From: Octopus vulgaris | Lineage: Eukaryota | Reading direction: 5' to 3' | DNA length: 64,000 nucleotides | Assembly (NCBI GenBank): GCA_951406725.2 | Contig: OX597820.1 | Coordinates: 20,088,001-20,152,000 of the forward strand | In this document: piece by piece, positions 26,918-40,503 of the stretch | Layout of the letters: each line of letters starts with the position of its first letter | How positions within the stretch are numbered: position 1 is the stretch's first letter | Translations under genes and position numbers: made by a program | The notes under the pieces: generated by a model | Told to the model about the DNA's origin: nothing | The model's database searches: none | What the model saw: the letters and a program-made list of their open reading frames with translations, nothing else

Positions 26918-27864
26918 CAGAGTGCATAAGGTATTTGAGGACATGCCTTTTTTGGGTCATTGCTGCGTTTTTTGCTAACTCTGTATAATCTTTGTTTCAG
27001 GAAATAATAATGCCAGACCTTCAGCTTACTCAAGAAATGAAGAGGCATGCTGTTATTTTGGTTATAAAGGCAGAGCATAACGATTTAGAAATATCTCGAT
27101 TTTTAAAAGTTGCCAGATTTTTTGTCTACAAACTTTGTAAGGAGCTAGAGACTGAAGATAGAAACGCATCACTAGTATCAAAGCATAAAAAGCATTCTAA
27201 ACACTCTGAAATCATGAGAACATCTGAATTTAACCAGTAAGTTCAACAGACTATTGATTACAATCCCAGAAAGTCCAAGAGGTCAATTGCAAAAGATCTC
27301 CAGGTGTCAGAAGGAACAGTTAGAAATATTGTCCACAAAGACATCAGATATAAGTCTCATGTGATGAGGAAAGGTCAATTTGTCAGAAAAAGCAAAAGAA
27401 AATGATCTTAAAGGTTCTTAAACAAACTGAAAATTCCAGTAGAAGAAAATTTCATTTGGTTTTTCTTCAAACGAGAAAAACTTCAACCAAGATCAAAAAG
27501 TTAACAGAAGAAATGACAGATGGCTATGTGCAGACCCTTCTGAAGTCCCAAGTGTTATGCATACAAAATTTCTTGCAACTGTCATGGTTTTAGGGGTTGT
27601 CAGCAGTGAAGGACATGTGATGCCTCCTTACTTCTTCCCACAAGGCCTTAAATTTAACTTTGCTACCTACAACCAGGACCACTTGATTCGATCATGTAGA
27701 TGATTTAAATCTCATATAGAAGCTGAAGGTGACCTTACTGAATAATATTATAGAAAAGGTTTATTTTTATCCTCAAAGCATTTTTTGACAAATAAAGTTA
27801 TTATCTGTTATTCTATATCTGTTCTTTTATAAACATAAATCTGCCCTCAGATATCTTACACACC

Positions 27865-27867
<3 letters not shown>
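26918..27867 (+). mobile_element. Degenerate Tc1/mariner (maT/DD37D-like) DNA transposon
   Basis: Imperfect TIRs (cagagtgcataaggtatttgagg / cctcagatatcttacacaccatg) in TA context; HTH remnant RSIAKDLQVSEGTVRNIVHKD and VMVLGVVSSEGHVMPPYFF; stops and frameshifts. Confidence 0.85.
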
Positions 27868-27919
<52 letters not shown>

Positions 27920-28861
27920 TATGTATGTGTGTATGTATATATAGTGGGTATATTATCTGACGTGTACAGTATTATATATCCATTGCAGCTGACTTTAACA
28001 ATCAGTTTTGCTCAAGGGATTCAATAGAGTCACCATATTTCAGTTCATATTGGCTAACTTTGATGAGTACAGGGTTACATAATTTGATTGTTATCTAACA
28101 CTCCATTGAATCCTTAACATGAAACTGACGGGTCAGATCGGTCATAATGAACATATATTATACACTCCAGATAATATACCTTTGGCCTGAAGAGTAGCCT
28201 GCAGTATACACCTTGCTTGGATAATTACTGCTCCCAAGGTTCAACTCACTATGAAATATATGCAGCCTAGATTTCATCAATACCATTCTTTAATTTTTAG
28301 GTAAGGCAAAGTGGCTGAGTTCCTTTTGAGTGTTAGGCCTCATGGAAGCAATGACTGAGACCTCTGACATTATGTTGTGCATGAAAAGAGGACCCATGAA
28401 GCAGAGCAAAATTGCAGTTGTGGCAGATACCGGTGGCACCCATGCCAGTGACATATAAATACAAATGGCACACGTGCTGGAGGCACCTAGAAGTACCCAT
28501 TACACTCTTGGACTGGTTGGTGTTAGGAAGGGCATCCAGCTATAGAAAACTACACCAAATCAGACTGGAATCTGCTGCAGCCTTCCAGCATGCCAGCTCA
28601 GTCAAACCATCCAAGCCATGCCATCATGGACAAAGGACGTTAAATGATGATGATGATGTGTGTGTGTGTATAAATGATGATGAAATTCACGTATATATAT
28701 GTGTGTGTTTGTGTGTGTGCATGTGTGTGTGTGTGTGTATGTATTTGTGTACGTGTATTTGTGTGTGTGTGTGTGTATGTGTGTGAGTATATTTGTGCGT
28801 GTGCATGTGAGTAAGTGCATATGTTGTCTTGATTAGGGCCCTCAACTCATCAAAAGAATCA

Positions 28862-29532
28862 AACATTGTCTCAACATGTAGCACACTCCATGTACTATTA
28901 TTGTCTCATTGCCTCAACATTGTCTCAACATGTAGCATGTTCCATGTACTATTATTGTCTCATTGCCTCAAAATTGTCTCAACATGTAGCATGTTCCACT
29001 TACTATTATTATCTCAACATGTAGCATGCTCCATGTAATATTGTTGTCTCAAAATGTAGCATGCTCCATGTACTATTATTGTCTCATTGTCTCAACATGT
29101 AACATGTTCCATGTACTATTATTGTCTCATTGTCTCAACATGTAGCATGCTCCATGTACTATTATTGTCTCATTGTCTCAACATTGTCTCAACATGTAGC
29201 ATGTTCCATGTACTATCATTGTCTCATTGCCTCAACATTGTCTCAACACGTAGCATGCTCCATGTACTGTTATTGCCTCATTGTCTCAACATGTAGCACA
29301 CTCCATGTACTATTATTGTCTCATTGTCTCAACACGTAGCATGCTCCATGTACTGTTATTGCCTCATTGTCTCAACATGTAGCACACTCCATGTACTATT
29401 ATTGTCTCATTGTCTCAACATGTAGCATGCTCCATGTACTATTATTGTCTCATTGTCTCAACATGTAGCATGCTACATGTACTATTATTGTCTCATTGTC
29501 TCAACATGTAGCATGCTCCATGTACTATTATT
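28862..29532. repeat. 43-bp minisatellite, ~15 units
   Basis: ttgtctcaacatgtagcatgctccatgtactattattgtctca (units at 29410, 29453). Confidence 0.92.
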
Positions 29533-29681
29533 AAGCTAGACTTTGGAATATAAATTAAGGATTAAATTTTGATGGAAGGTTTTAATTTGAATCACTTTAA
29601 ACACGATGTTCTTATCATGGAATCAAGGATGGTCTCAGATGGGTGAGTCTGAAAAGGGTTAAATCTAGGAGTGAAGCTTAC

Positions 29682-29822
29682 CTGTTGGTTTTCCTGTTGT
29701 GTGGTCAGCACTTGGACCAGTAAATCGGGAATCAGTTCCTCCACTGTGGACAAGCCAATCATGGCGGTTACTTAGAGAATTTTTCCAATGGCATAAGTGT
29801 TCCTTTTCAAAGTCACAAGAAG
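29682..29822 (-). CDS. Exon 17: MAM6 N-part
   Basis: cag|ASCDFEKEHLCHWKN..TGPSADHTTGKPT|gtaag; 141 nt, phase 1-1. Confidence 0.95.
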
Positions 29823-30102
29823 CTGAAAGAATAAAAAAACAAAAAATATACATATACATACATATATTTATAAGTGCGGGCGTGGTTGTGTGGTAAGAAG
29901 TTTGTTTCCCACCAGCCCCTGTCGGAACCTTGTGGAGATTTAGGTGTTTACGCTCAATAAATACACACAATGCCCGGACCGGGAATCGAAACCGCGTTCT
30001 TATACTGTTATACTGTTATGCATTGACTTTAATTAAGAAATGAAAAAAACAATTAGAAAAATTAGTAGTAATCAACTAGAAATAAAATCTGTCTTTACTT
30101 AC

Positions 30103-30193
30103 CAGGTGGTTTGCAGTGGTCATTTGCCACAGCAATATCATCAATGGCAATACCTCCTATAGGGTTCTTACCACTCAAAACGTAGAAAGATAA
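30103..30193 (-). CDS. Exon 16: MAM5 C-part
   Basis: cag|LSFYVLSGKNPIGGIAIDDIAVANDHCKPP|gtaag; 91 nt, phase 0-1. Confidence 0.92.
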
Positions 30194-30419
30194 CTGCAAA
30201 AGAATACTTCAATATAATAATAGCTTCGAAATTTGGCACAGGGCCAGCGGTTTTCTAGAGTGGGAAGTCGATTACATTGACCCCAGTACATGCCTGGTAC
30301 TTAGCTTATTGATGACGACAAAATGATGACAGATGAAATGCTGCTTAGAATTTTTGTACAGCATACTAACAGTTCTGCTCACTCACTTCCATTATACTTC
30401 AATATAAAAACAGAGCTGT

Positions 30420-31165
30420 GTGAAAAGGTGCCACACCCTAGCGGTTGAGGAAACCTGTGGAAGCGGTAGACCCAGGAAGACCTGGGATGAGGTGGTTAAG
30501 CATGACCTTCAAAAATTGGGTCTCACCAAGGAAATGACTAGTGACCGGGGCCTTTGGAAAATATGCTGTGCTTGAGAAGACTCGGCAAGTCAAGTGAGAC
30601 CATAACCTCATGGCCTATGCCAGGGGTGTAAGCAGCCCACTTATGTGTACCTTTCCTTCATTGGACACTAAACTCTGCTTGTGAAGACCTGTTGAGGCAA
30701 GTGAAATCAAAATCAAATTCGATGACTGGCATCCATGCTAGTGGAGCACTAAGAGCACCATCCGAGCATGATCATTGCCAGAGCAACAAACTGACTTCCG
30801 TGCTGGTGGCATGTAAAAAGCACCATTCAAGCATGATTGTTACCTACGTTGCTTTACTGGCACTTGTGGAAGGTCGTTGCCAGTGCCACTGGAGTGGCTC
30901 CTGTGCAGGTGGCATATAAAAAGCACCATTTGAGTGTGGCTGTTGCCAGTACCACCTGACTGGCCCTTGTGCCGGTGGCATGTAAAAGCACCCACTACAC
31001 TCAAGGAGTGGTTGGCGTTAGGAAGGGCATCCAGCTGTAGAAACTCTGCCAGATTAGATTGGAGCCTGGTGCAGCCAACTGGTTCCCCAGACCACAGTCA
31101 AATCGTCCAACCCATGCTAGCATGGAAAGCGGACGTTAAATGATGATGATGATGATGATGATGAA
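30420..31165 (+). mobile_element. RTE 3' fragment with UTR and (GAT)n tail
   Basis: GRPRKTWDEVVKHDL motif followed by the same UTR as 49800-50355. Confidence 0.85.
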
Positions 31166-32405
31166 TACAGCACCAAGTTCACAGTATGCTCTGTCTCTGA
31201 TCTTTACCTCTTCTGTTACAATAACTATTGAGTACAGGTCCTCTTAACTCAACACTGTATGCCCTTTCTATCCATGTATCTTCATCTTGAACCTTTTAGC
31301 ATTTAAACCAGCCAAATCCAGTCCAAATATTCCACTTAATTTATTTTCAAACTAGCTATATCTGGCCTCTCACACCTAACCCACAATGTCATTCTGAAAA
31401 TAAACAATAAGGCACTGGAGTGGCTGTGTGGCAAGTAGCTTGCCTACCAACCATATGGTTCTGGGTTCAGTCCCACTGCATGACGCCTTGGGTAAGTGTT
31501 TTCTACTATAGCCTCGGACCAACCAAAGCCTTGCGAGTGGATTTGGGAGATGGAAACTGAAAGAAGCCCGTCGTATATATGTGTATATATATGTATATAT
31601 ATGTATGTGTGTGTGTGTATATGCATGTGTGTCTGTGTTTGTCCCTCCAACATCGCTTGACAACCGATGCTGGTGTGTTTGCATTCCTGTAACTTAGTAG
31701 TTCGGCAAAAGAGACCGATAGAATAAGTACTAGGCTTACAAAGAATAAGTCCTGGGGTCAATTTGCACAACTAAAGGCGGCGCTCCAGTATAGCCACAGT
31801 CAAATGACTGAAACGAGTAAAAGAGTAATTAACCTATTATTTTGTACTTTTTACATCCACCGCTGCCTTCTTGAGCATCCCATTATCATCCAACTTTTCT
31901 TCAACACCTCACCTGGATCCTTCCACCACCTGCAGGTGAGGGGGGGGAGTACCTTCCACTTTGGGAACCCAAGTGGGTCATAGAAACAGCCTTGGACTGA
32001 TCAAAGGCCAGCGTGTGGACTTGGCTGAGGGAAACTGAAAGAAGCTTGCCTGTAAACGAGTGCCACTGCCATACAAGCAGTTTTGTTTGTTTTCAATCTT
32101 TCATGGAAACATGTCCATGCATGTGGAAATATTACCTTATTTGGAGAAAAAAAGTGAGGGCTGGGGACAGGAAGGGCATCTGGTCATAGAAACTCTGGTC
32201 ATAGAAACTCTGCCCCCAACTAATTCTGCCTGACCCATACAAGCATGGAAAAGTGGACGTTAAAACAATGACAGTGACGATGATGACAATGATGATGATG
32301 ATGATGATGATGATGTCAATGACGATGGTGCTGCTGCTGCTGGTGATGGTGAAGGTTGTGGTGATGGTGGTGGGTGTGACAATGACATTGATAAGAACAT
32401 CTGAC

Positions 32406-32656
32406 CTGTAAATCTCCATAAGACTGCACTTCTAGTTCTGCAAAAGCCCATTCATTTGGAACATCATTGCCTTCAATCTTTAAAAGTGAAAGTGTTTCAT
32501 CCTTGACCTTTCTGAAGACTGTCAATCTTCCTGTGAAGGACCCTAAGGCTCGATAAAAGAATTCTACACAGACTGTTCTATTGTGTATTGTCGGCATGTT
32601 GAATCTTGCATCGCTGTATTTATTTGCCTTAGTGAGGTCAACATATATGTAATCAC
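32406..32656 (-). CDS. Exon 15: MAM5 middle
   Basis: cag|GDYIYVDL..CVEFFYRALG..NEWAFAELEVQSYGDLQ|gtcag; 251 nt, phase 1-0. Confidence 0.92.
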
Positions 32657-32731
32657 CTGTAAAGAAATGGAGAAATGAGTTGGTCAAGTTTCAGAGATAT
32701 TGGCGAAGAATTTATGGTGAAGATGGACATA

Positions 32732-33138
32732 GGCGCAGGAGTGGCTGTGTGGTAAGTAGCTTGTTTACCAGCCACATGGTTCTGGGTTCAGTCCCACTGC
32801 ATGGCACCTTGGACAAGTGTCTTCTACTATAGCCTCGGGCCAACCAAAGACTTGTAAGTTGATTTGGTAGACGGAAACTGAAAGAAGCCCGTCGTATATA
32901 TGTGTATATATATATATGTGCATGTGTGTTTGTGTGTCTGTGTTTGTCCCATCCAACATTGCTTGACAACTGATGCTGGTGTGTTTATGTCCCCGTCACT
33001 TAGCGGTTCGGCAAAAGAGACCGATAGAATAAGTATTGGGCTTACAAAGAATAAGTCCCGGGGTCGAGATGCTCGATTAAAGGCAGTGCTCCAGCATGGC
33101 CGCAGTCAAATGACTGAAACAAGTAAAAGAGTAAAGAG
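32732..33138 (+). mobile_element. SINE family A copy
   Basis: Colinear with 51338-51770. Confidence 0.9.
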
Positions 33139-33556
33139 AGATGTAAAGAGTATATCTGTCTCATGAAATTTGTGTTTTTTGTAGATGCAGACATGGTAAG
33201 GAAATTGCTTCCTAACCACATGGCACCTCAGACAATTTCTTTGAGTGGATTTGGTAGATGGAAACTGAAAGATACCTGCTGTACATAAACATGCATACAT
33301 ATATATACATATATATTTCGTGGCATGCCATTGGTTACAACAACGTGGGTTCCAGTTGATCCAATCAACAGAACAGTCAGCTCGTGAAATTAATGTGCAA
33401 GTGGCTGAGCGCTCCACAGACACATGTCCCCTTAATGCAGTTCTCGGAGAAATTCAGTATGACACAGAGTGTGACAAGGTTGGCCCCTTTGAATTACAGG
33501 TACAACAGAAACGGGAAGAAAGAATGAGAGAAAGTTGTGATGAAAGAGTACAGCAG

Positions 33557-34380
33557 GCAATGAAACATGGGCCGTGACTGCCGAGGACATGTGTAAGCTT
33601 ACAAGGAATGAAGTTAGTATGCTCCACTGGATGTGTAATGTCAGTGTGCATACAAGACAGAGTGTAAGCACCTTGAGAGAAAAGTTGGACATAAGAAGCA
33701 TCAGATGTGGTGTGTAAGGGAGACGACTGTGCTGGTATGGTCATGTGTTGTGTATGGATGAGGACAGCTGTGGAAGAGGTAGACCCAGGAAGACCTGGGA
33801 TGAGGTGGTGAAGCATGACCTTTGAACGTTGGGCCTCACTGAGGTGATGACCAGTGACTGAGACCTTTGGAGATATGCTGTGCTTGAGAAGACCTAGCAA
33901 GCCAAGTGAGACTGTAACCGTGGCCTATGCCAGTGCAGCATAACAAGCCCATTTAAGAGGACCCTCAGTCATTGGGCAATAAACTGCACTTGTGGAGACA
34001 TGTTGAGGCAAGTGAGGTTGTTGTCATTGCCAATGGCAGTACCACTTGATTGGCACCCATGCTAGTGGCACATAAAAAGCACCATTCGAGTATGGTCGAT
34101 TCCAGTGCTGCCTGACTGGTCCTGTGCCAGTGGCATGTAAAAATCACCATTCAAGCTTGATTGTTTCCTGTGCAACCTGACTGGCTTCAATGCCAGTGGC
34201 ATGTAAAAAGCACCACCTGCACACTCAGGGTGGTTGATGTTATGAAGGGCATCCAGCTGTAGAAACTTAACCAGATCAGATTGAAGCCCAGTGCAGCCTT
34301 CTGGCTTGCCATCTCTCAGTCAGATTGTCAAACCCATGCCAAACATGGAAAACAGACGTTAAACGATGATGATGATGATA
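33557..34380 (+). mobile_element. RTE 3' fragment abutting a truncated SINE
   Basis: ETWAVTAED.., GRPRKTWDEVVKHD, UTR and (GAT)n tail. Confidence 0.85.
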
Positions 34381-34410
34381 TCTATATATATATGTACACA
34401 TACATATATA

Positions 34411-34628
34411 TGAGGGGATGCAGAAAAGTCCCTGGCTTTAGGTAAAAGAAAATACAGGAGGATAAGTTTATTATGATTTTATTGAACATATTCCCTTCTC
34501 AGATTGACACACTTATTGCAGTGGTCCTTAAGTTTTTCTAAGCCCTGTAAAAGAACTCAGAAAGTAGGGCCTTCAACCAGGTCTTTTGCAATACCCTGAA
34601 AGCCAGGAACTTTTCAGAACCCTCTCAC
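34411..34628. mobile_element. mariner-like MITE
   Basis: TIR tgaggggatgcagaaaagtccctggcttt / aaagccaggaacttttcagaaccctctca. Confidence 0.7.
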
Positions 34629-34698
34629 TGCTTTCACCTATTGTCTGTATACATATTTGTTTATGTTAAGAAACATTGTGAAATAAATTCATTCTTAC

Positions 34699-34842
34699 CC
34701 AATGTTGATTTGTATGTATGGTCCCTATATCTTCGATGGTACGTGTTTGTAGTTAACTGCCAATTTAGAGTACTTTGAACACTTTGGAAGAGGCTACATG
34801 TGCTTTCAAAATCACAGAACGACAGGAGTGATGTTTTAGCTT
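34699..34842 (-). CDS. Exon 14: MAM5 N-part
   Basis: tag|EAKTSLLSFCDFESTCSLFQ..NWQL..RDHTYKSTL|gtaag; 144 nt, phase 1-1. Confidence 0.9.
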
Positions 34843-35751
34843 CTAAAAAGATTAAAAATATAATAAAATAACAACAACAACAACAACAATAATAATAATA
34901 ATAATAATACTTAAAAAATAGTGCTTATGGGAACTACTCATATCCAATGAAAAATATTGTCTATGTAATCCCAAAAACATTTTAATTTGTAGACTTTATC
35001 AAAAGTACATAATAGCAAACACCTTTCATTGTCCTTTTAAAATCCCATTATCATATTATAATCAGATTACATTTAAAACAAACATCTAATTTTCTTATGG
35101 AGCTCTAGTCATAAAACCAGCTTGAACTTCTAACTTCTCCCTTGAGGTCTCTGGATGAGACTTGTACAAATACAAAGCAAAAGCCAAACATGTGATAAAT
35201 AATAATAATTATATTTCAAGATTGAAGTTACGCTTCCCAAAAGTAAAGAAACCAGAAGAAGAGCGCAACTGTTATTGGTAATAAATAGAGATTAACTCTG
35301 TTTATTAAAACGGAAATGAAACGAATGAACAATATTTCGACACTCTGTGTGTCTTTTACAAGTTCAAATTATAAAATGAAATTAAATTCAAAGATAGGAA
35401 ATGCTGAAACGTTCAAAATTAAAAGGGTATGACTGCATTTCTTTCCGAGTAAAACAATTTCATCAGTCTTTGGTCTTTCCCAAAAGGTTGCAGAAGCAAA
35501 GAAAGAAAGAAAAAAAAAGAAACAAAAGAATTGGAGAAAAAAATTATTATTCTGCCAAAAAGTTTAGTATATATATGGTGGAATTCACCTGCCATTTTAT
35601 TAATTGACCCCAGGCTGAGATATCAACAGCTCACAAATATATCTATTGTCATGAGTTTTGGGGACTGAAAAGTACAGTGGAGTGAGGGTATTTTTTGAGA
35701 ATGTTCACCTTCAGGTCCTTCTCAAATTTACACTCGTTTGATGTGAAATTG

Positions 35752-35784
<33 letters not shown>

Positions 35785-35817
35785 TAAATAATAGTAATAA
35801 TAATAATAATAATAATA

Positions 35818-36340
35818 AATGCCCTGATGCAGTACCAGGCAGTGGCCCTCGTGGCATCTGATCTTAACTGATTGGAAGTGTTATCATGTACATACAGCAA
35901 ATATTCTGCTCAATACCACAGATTTGCTTGTCAGTTATTTGACCTTAACCAGTTGAGCATGTCCCTTAGTGGCTGATGATATGTGCATCTCTGACCACAA
36001 GTAGAAGTGGTGGAGGAGCATCATAGCCATGTGTCGAGAGGGATTCTCTGGAAACATGAGTGTTTCGTTCAACATCCTTAAACAACCATTATTCAGGGAC
36101 CTTTTGAGTGGGATGGGTTACTTGACAAGAAGAAAATTCTACCTGGGCCCCACCTGCAAGGTCATGTGCTGTTTATCTTGATATGACATAACCATGTCAC
36201 GCACATATGGTTGTGATGCATGTACCTAGTGTACCTTTATCAGACAGGTAGTCATGATGGGTATACTGGGCGTCGTATATTTTACCCCAGTGTCACTTTG
36301 ATGGCATGCACTGCTCTCTCACTCAATAATAATAATAATG
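35818..36340 (+). mobile_element. Repeat with (AAT)n tail, probable LINE 3' UTR; second copy at ~8825-9180
   Basis: Two highly similar copies ending gcactgctctctcactc(aat)n, both flanked by (AAT)n. Confidence 0.7.
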
Positions 36341-36477
36341 ATGAAAGGCAAAGTTGACCTGAGTGGAACAATATTTCGCTAAGCATTTTACCTGGCATGC
36401 TAATGATTCTGCCAGCTCACCACCACAATGTATGAAATAAAATTAAGAATGTTTTAAATAATAGTAAGAAATAAAAG

Positions 36478-36794
36478 TACGGTGGAACTTCAGTTTACAA
36501 ATTTAATTTGTTCCTGAAGTCCACTGGTCATCCTAAATGTTCATAAACTGAAATTTTTTTCCCCATTGGCAATTCAAGAAAAAGCCCAGTGAATTTGAGC
36601 AGGGATATGCACTGAGTTAAAACGAAAGTGAAAGTGAAGCAGCATTCCCAGCTTGTTGCCCACTCTTGTTTTCGGCTGGTGTGTTTGTTACTTGATACAT
36701 TGTTTGTCACCTGAGAAATTTTATGTTTGAAAACTTGTTTGTAAACCAATTTGTTCATGATGAGGGGCCATTCATAAACTTAGGTGCCACTGTA
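36478..36794. mobile_element. Tigger-like MITE about 15 bp from the exon 13 donor
   Basis: TIR tacggtggaacttcagtttac / ataaacttaggtgccactgta. Confidence 0.65.
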
Positions 36795-36811
36795 GTTAAA
36801 AGCAAAATTAC

Positions 36812-36896
36812 CTGAACATTGTTTTGGTGTAATCATTATATCATCTAAAGCAATGTCTCCAGTAAAACTTTTCCCCTTGGTTACTTCAAATATAAT
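36812..36896 (-). CDS. Exon 13: MAM4 C-part
   Basis: cag|IIFEVTKGKSFTGDIALDDIMITPKQCS|gtaat; 85 nt, phase 0-1. Confidence 0.93.
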
Positions 36897-38361
36897 CTGA
36901 AATAATGTACAAACAATTTTATATTTAGTAAAATTTAACTCAAAACAACTGGGAGAATCTGTTACTATCTCCTACTTTCCCATATCTTATTTCTTTACTA
37001 CCCACAAGGGGCTACACAGAGAAGGGATAAACAAGGACAGACAAATGGATTAACTCGATTACATAGACCCCAGTACGTAACTGGTGCTTATTTAATCAAA
37101 CCCGAAAGGATGAAAGGCAAAATCAACCTTGGCGGAATTTGAACTCAGAACGTAGCGGCAGACGAAATACCTATTTCTTTATTACCCACAAGGGGCTAAA
37201 CATAGAGGGAACAAACAAGGACAGACATGGGTATTAAGTTGATTACATCGACCCCAGTATGTAACTGGGACTTAATTTATCGACCTCGAAAGGATGAAAG
37301 GTAAAGTCAGCCTCAGCGGAATTTGAACTCACAATGTAGTGGCAGACAAAATACCGCTAAGCATTTTGCCCGGCATGCTAATGTTTCTGCCAGCTTGCCG
37401 CCTTTCCCATATCTTGCAACACCTATCCACCTACACTCTCTGTTTTCCTCTCCCTGTTTACTTCTACTCACTTCCTATTTTAAGTGCCCACCCTTACAAA
37501 TCCTCATCACTATTTTTATCTCTTTCGAACTCCATCATGGTCACACCCATTCTTGCCATTCCTACCCCCATCACTCCAATCCTCACCACTCTCACTCACC
37601 ATGACCACCCCCACTCTCACCATTCCCACTCTGGCCACTCTTGCTCTGGACAAACCCACTCTGGACATTCTCACTTTGAGCACTCCCATCTGGCACAAGA
37701 TCCCCTCCCCCAATGCCCCCTCCCCTTTCAAAGATTCCTTGTCTTGCAAAGTTACTTGGTGACCCTGCCAGTGCAGGTGCTACATAAAAAGCATCCAGTC
37801 CACACTGTAAAGTGGTTGGCATTTGGAAGGGCATCAAACAGTAAAAACCATGCCAAAACTGACCTCTCCTGTGCTGGTGCCACATAAAAAGCACTCAACC
37901 CACTCTGTGGGCTGGTTGGTGCTAGGGAGGGCATCCAGCTGTAAAAAACCATGCTAAAACAGACACAGAAGTATGGCGCAGTCTTCTACCTGGCCAGCTC
38001 TAGTCAAACCGTCCAACCCATGCCAGCATGGAAAGTAGACGTTAAACTATGATAATGATGATGTTGATGACGATGACAGAGATCAATATTAGAATATCAT
38101 AGAAAAGGCCTTTTATCTTATGCTTTTAACTTGGTTCAGTCATTGGACCGTGGCCATGCTGGGGCACTTCTTTGAATGGTTTAGTCAAACAAATCAATGC
38201 CAGTACTTTTTTAAATTTTGTACTTACTCTGTTTGTGTCTTTTGCCAAATCACTGAGTTATAGGGATGTAAACAAACCAATCCTGGTTGTCAAGTGGGTG
38301 TCAATGAGACCAATGCAACAGAAACTTAAAGACACAAATACACAGATTATGCCCCATCTCA

Positions 38362-38596
38362 TACGTACATACATACATACAAACATACATACATACATAC
38401 ATACATACATACATACGTATGTGCAAACATACATACATATATACACATACATGCATAATATACATACAAGCATATACATACATACATTCATACATACATA
38501 CATACATACAAACATACATATATACACATATATACATGCATACATATACAAAAAAGGATACACATACATACATACATACATACATACATACATACA

Positions 38597-38630
<34 letters not shown>

Positions 38631-38917
38631 CACATACATACATGCATACATACACATACAAGCATACACATACATACATGCAAACATATATATATACACA
38701 TATATGCATGCATACATATACATACAAGCATACACATACACACATACATACATGCATGCATGCAAACAAACATACATACATACATACATACATATGTGCA
38801 AACATACATACATATATACACATACATACATGCATAATATACATACAAGCATATTCATACATACAAATATACATGCATATATACACATATATACATGCAT
38901 ACATAAACATACATACA

Positions 38918-38951
<34 letters not shown>

Positions 38952-39222
38952 CACATACATACATGCATACATACACATACAAGCATACACATACATACAT
39001 GCAAACATACATATATACACATATATATATGCATACATATACATACAAGCATACGCATACACACATACATACATACATGCATGCAAACAAACATACATAT
39101 ATACACATACATACAAGTATACACATACATACATGCATACATACATACATATATACACATACATAATGCATACATACACATACAAGCATACACATACATG
39201 CATACATACATACATACATACA

Positions 39223-39256
<34 letters not shown>

Positions 39257-39263
39257 CATACAT
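38362..39263. repeat. Compound (TACA)n microsatellite with higher-order duplication
   Basis: Direct inspection. Confidence 0.95.
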
Positions 39264-39491
39264 ACTCCGGGCTTCATTCAGATTCCATCTGCCAAATTCA
39301 TTCACAAGGCTTTGGTCAGTCCAAGACTATAATAGGAGACACTTGCCCGAGATGTCACATAGTGGGACTGAACCCAGGATCTTCTTACCCATACAACCAT
39401 GTCTGAGCCATAAAACAGATAATTTAACCATAAGTTTTTTAGATCATTAATTTTTGGATATCGATTTCTGATAATTCAATTATGAAAATAC

Positions 39492-39751
39492 CTGCAGTTC
39501 TTGTGGTCCTCTGATGTTTACTTGACCATTTATCCATTTGTTTCCTTGAGATTTCCTCTTCTGCCAAGCAACTACATCAGATTTGCCTCTATATACCACA
39601 GACAACGTACCAATTCCATATCCATACATGTGATACCAAAAACTTAGACACCATTCCTGTGATCCTGGTACTTGAAATTTGGGACTGATAAGATGAGTGC
39701 TGTCTCCTGATACAACCGGGTTGGATGTTTCAATATAGATATAGTTTCCAG
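39492..39751 (-). CDS. Exon 12: MAM4 middle
   Basis: cag|TGNYIYIETS..LISPKF..WCLSFWYHMYG..QELQ|gtatt; 260 nt, phase 1-0. Confidence 0.95.
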
Positions 39752-40000
39752 CTGTAAAAAGTTCCCAAAATATTACTATCATCTGTGTGTGTATATGAGC
39801 AGGCTGGTACAAACTTGAAGGTTCAAATTATAACAGCTTTTAACAAAGCAAAAATTTATTTCAGTTTCAAAGAAGATATTAATGTTTTAGCTTACCAACG
39901 TTGATACTGGAGCTTGACACAGCCCTGGAGTTTACCAGTTTCCTGTCAAACCATCCTACACACACACACACACATACACACACACACACGCACACGCACG

Positions 40001-40050
<50 letters not shown>

Positions 40051-40503
40051 CCATGGACTTCTTTCAGTTTCTTATTCCTTTACTGCCCACAAGGGGCTAA
40101 ACACAGAGGGGACAAACAAGTTCACACAAATGGACTGAGTCGATTATATTGACCCCAGTGCGTAACTGGTACTTATTTAATCGACCCTGAAAGGATCAAA
40201 GGCAAAGTCGACCTCGGCAGAATTTGAACTCAGAACATAGCGGCAGACGAAATACCGCTAAGTATTTCACCTGGTGTACTAAGGTTTCTGCCAGCTCACC
40301 GCTTTTCAGTTTCTGTCTACCAATTCCTCTCACAAGGCTTTGCCCAGCCTGAGGCTGTAGTAGAAGACACTTGCCCAAAGTGCCATGTAGTGGGACTGAA
40401 CCCAGAACCATGTGGTTGGGAAGCAAACTTCTTACCACACAACCATGCCTGCACCATATGCTTACTGTTTAGTGAAATAATCCTTATTTATTTAAATACT
40501 TAC

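Noticed and set aside
28862-29532. CRISPR-like regular repeats
   Set aside because: No unique spacers, no cas genes and a eukaryotic context; it is a minisatellite.
37339-37887. 182-aa His/Ser-rich ORF
   Set aside because: Spans a SINE end, low-complexity pyrimidine-rich sequence and an RTE UTR; no recognisable domain or splice support.
38172-39450. Long ORFs (up to 343 aa) rich in YIHT/MYVC
   Set aside because: Translations of the (TACA)n microsatellite, open in several frames on both strands; the same applies to 23102-23769 and 61716-62239.
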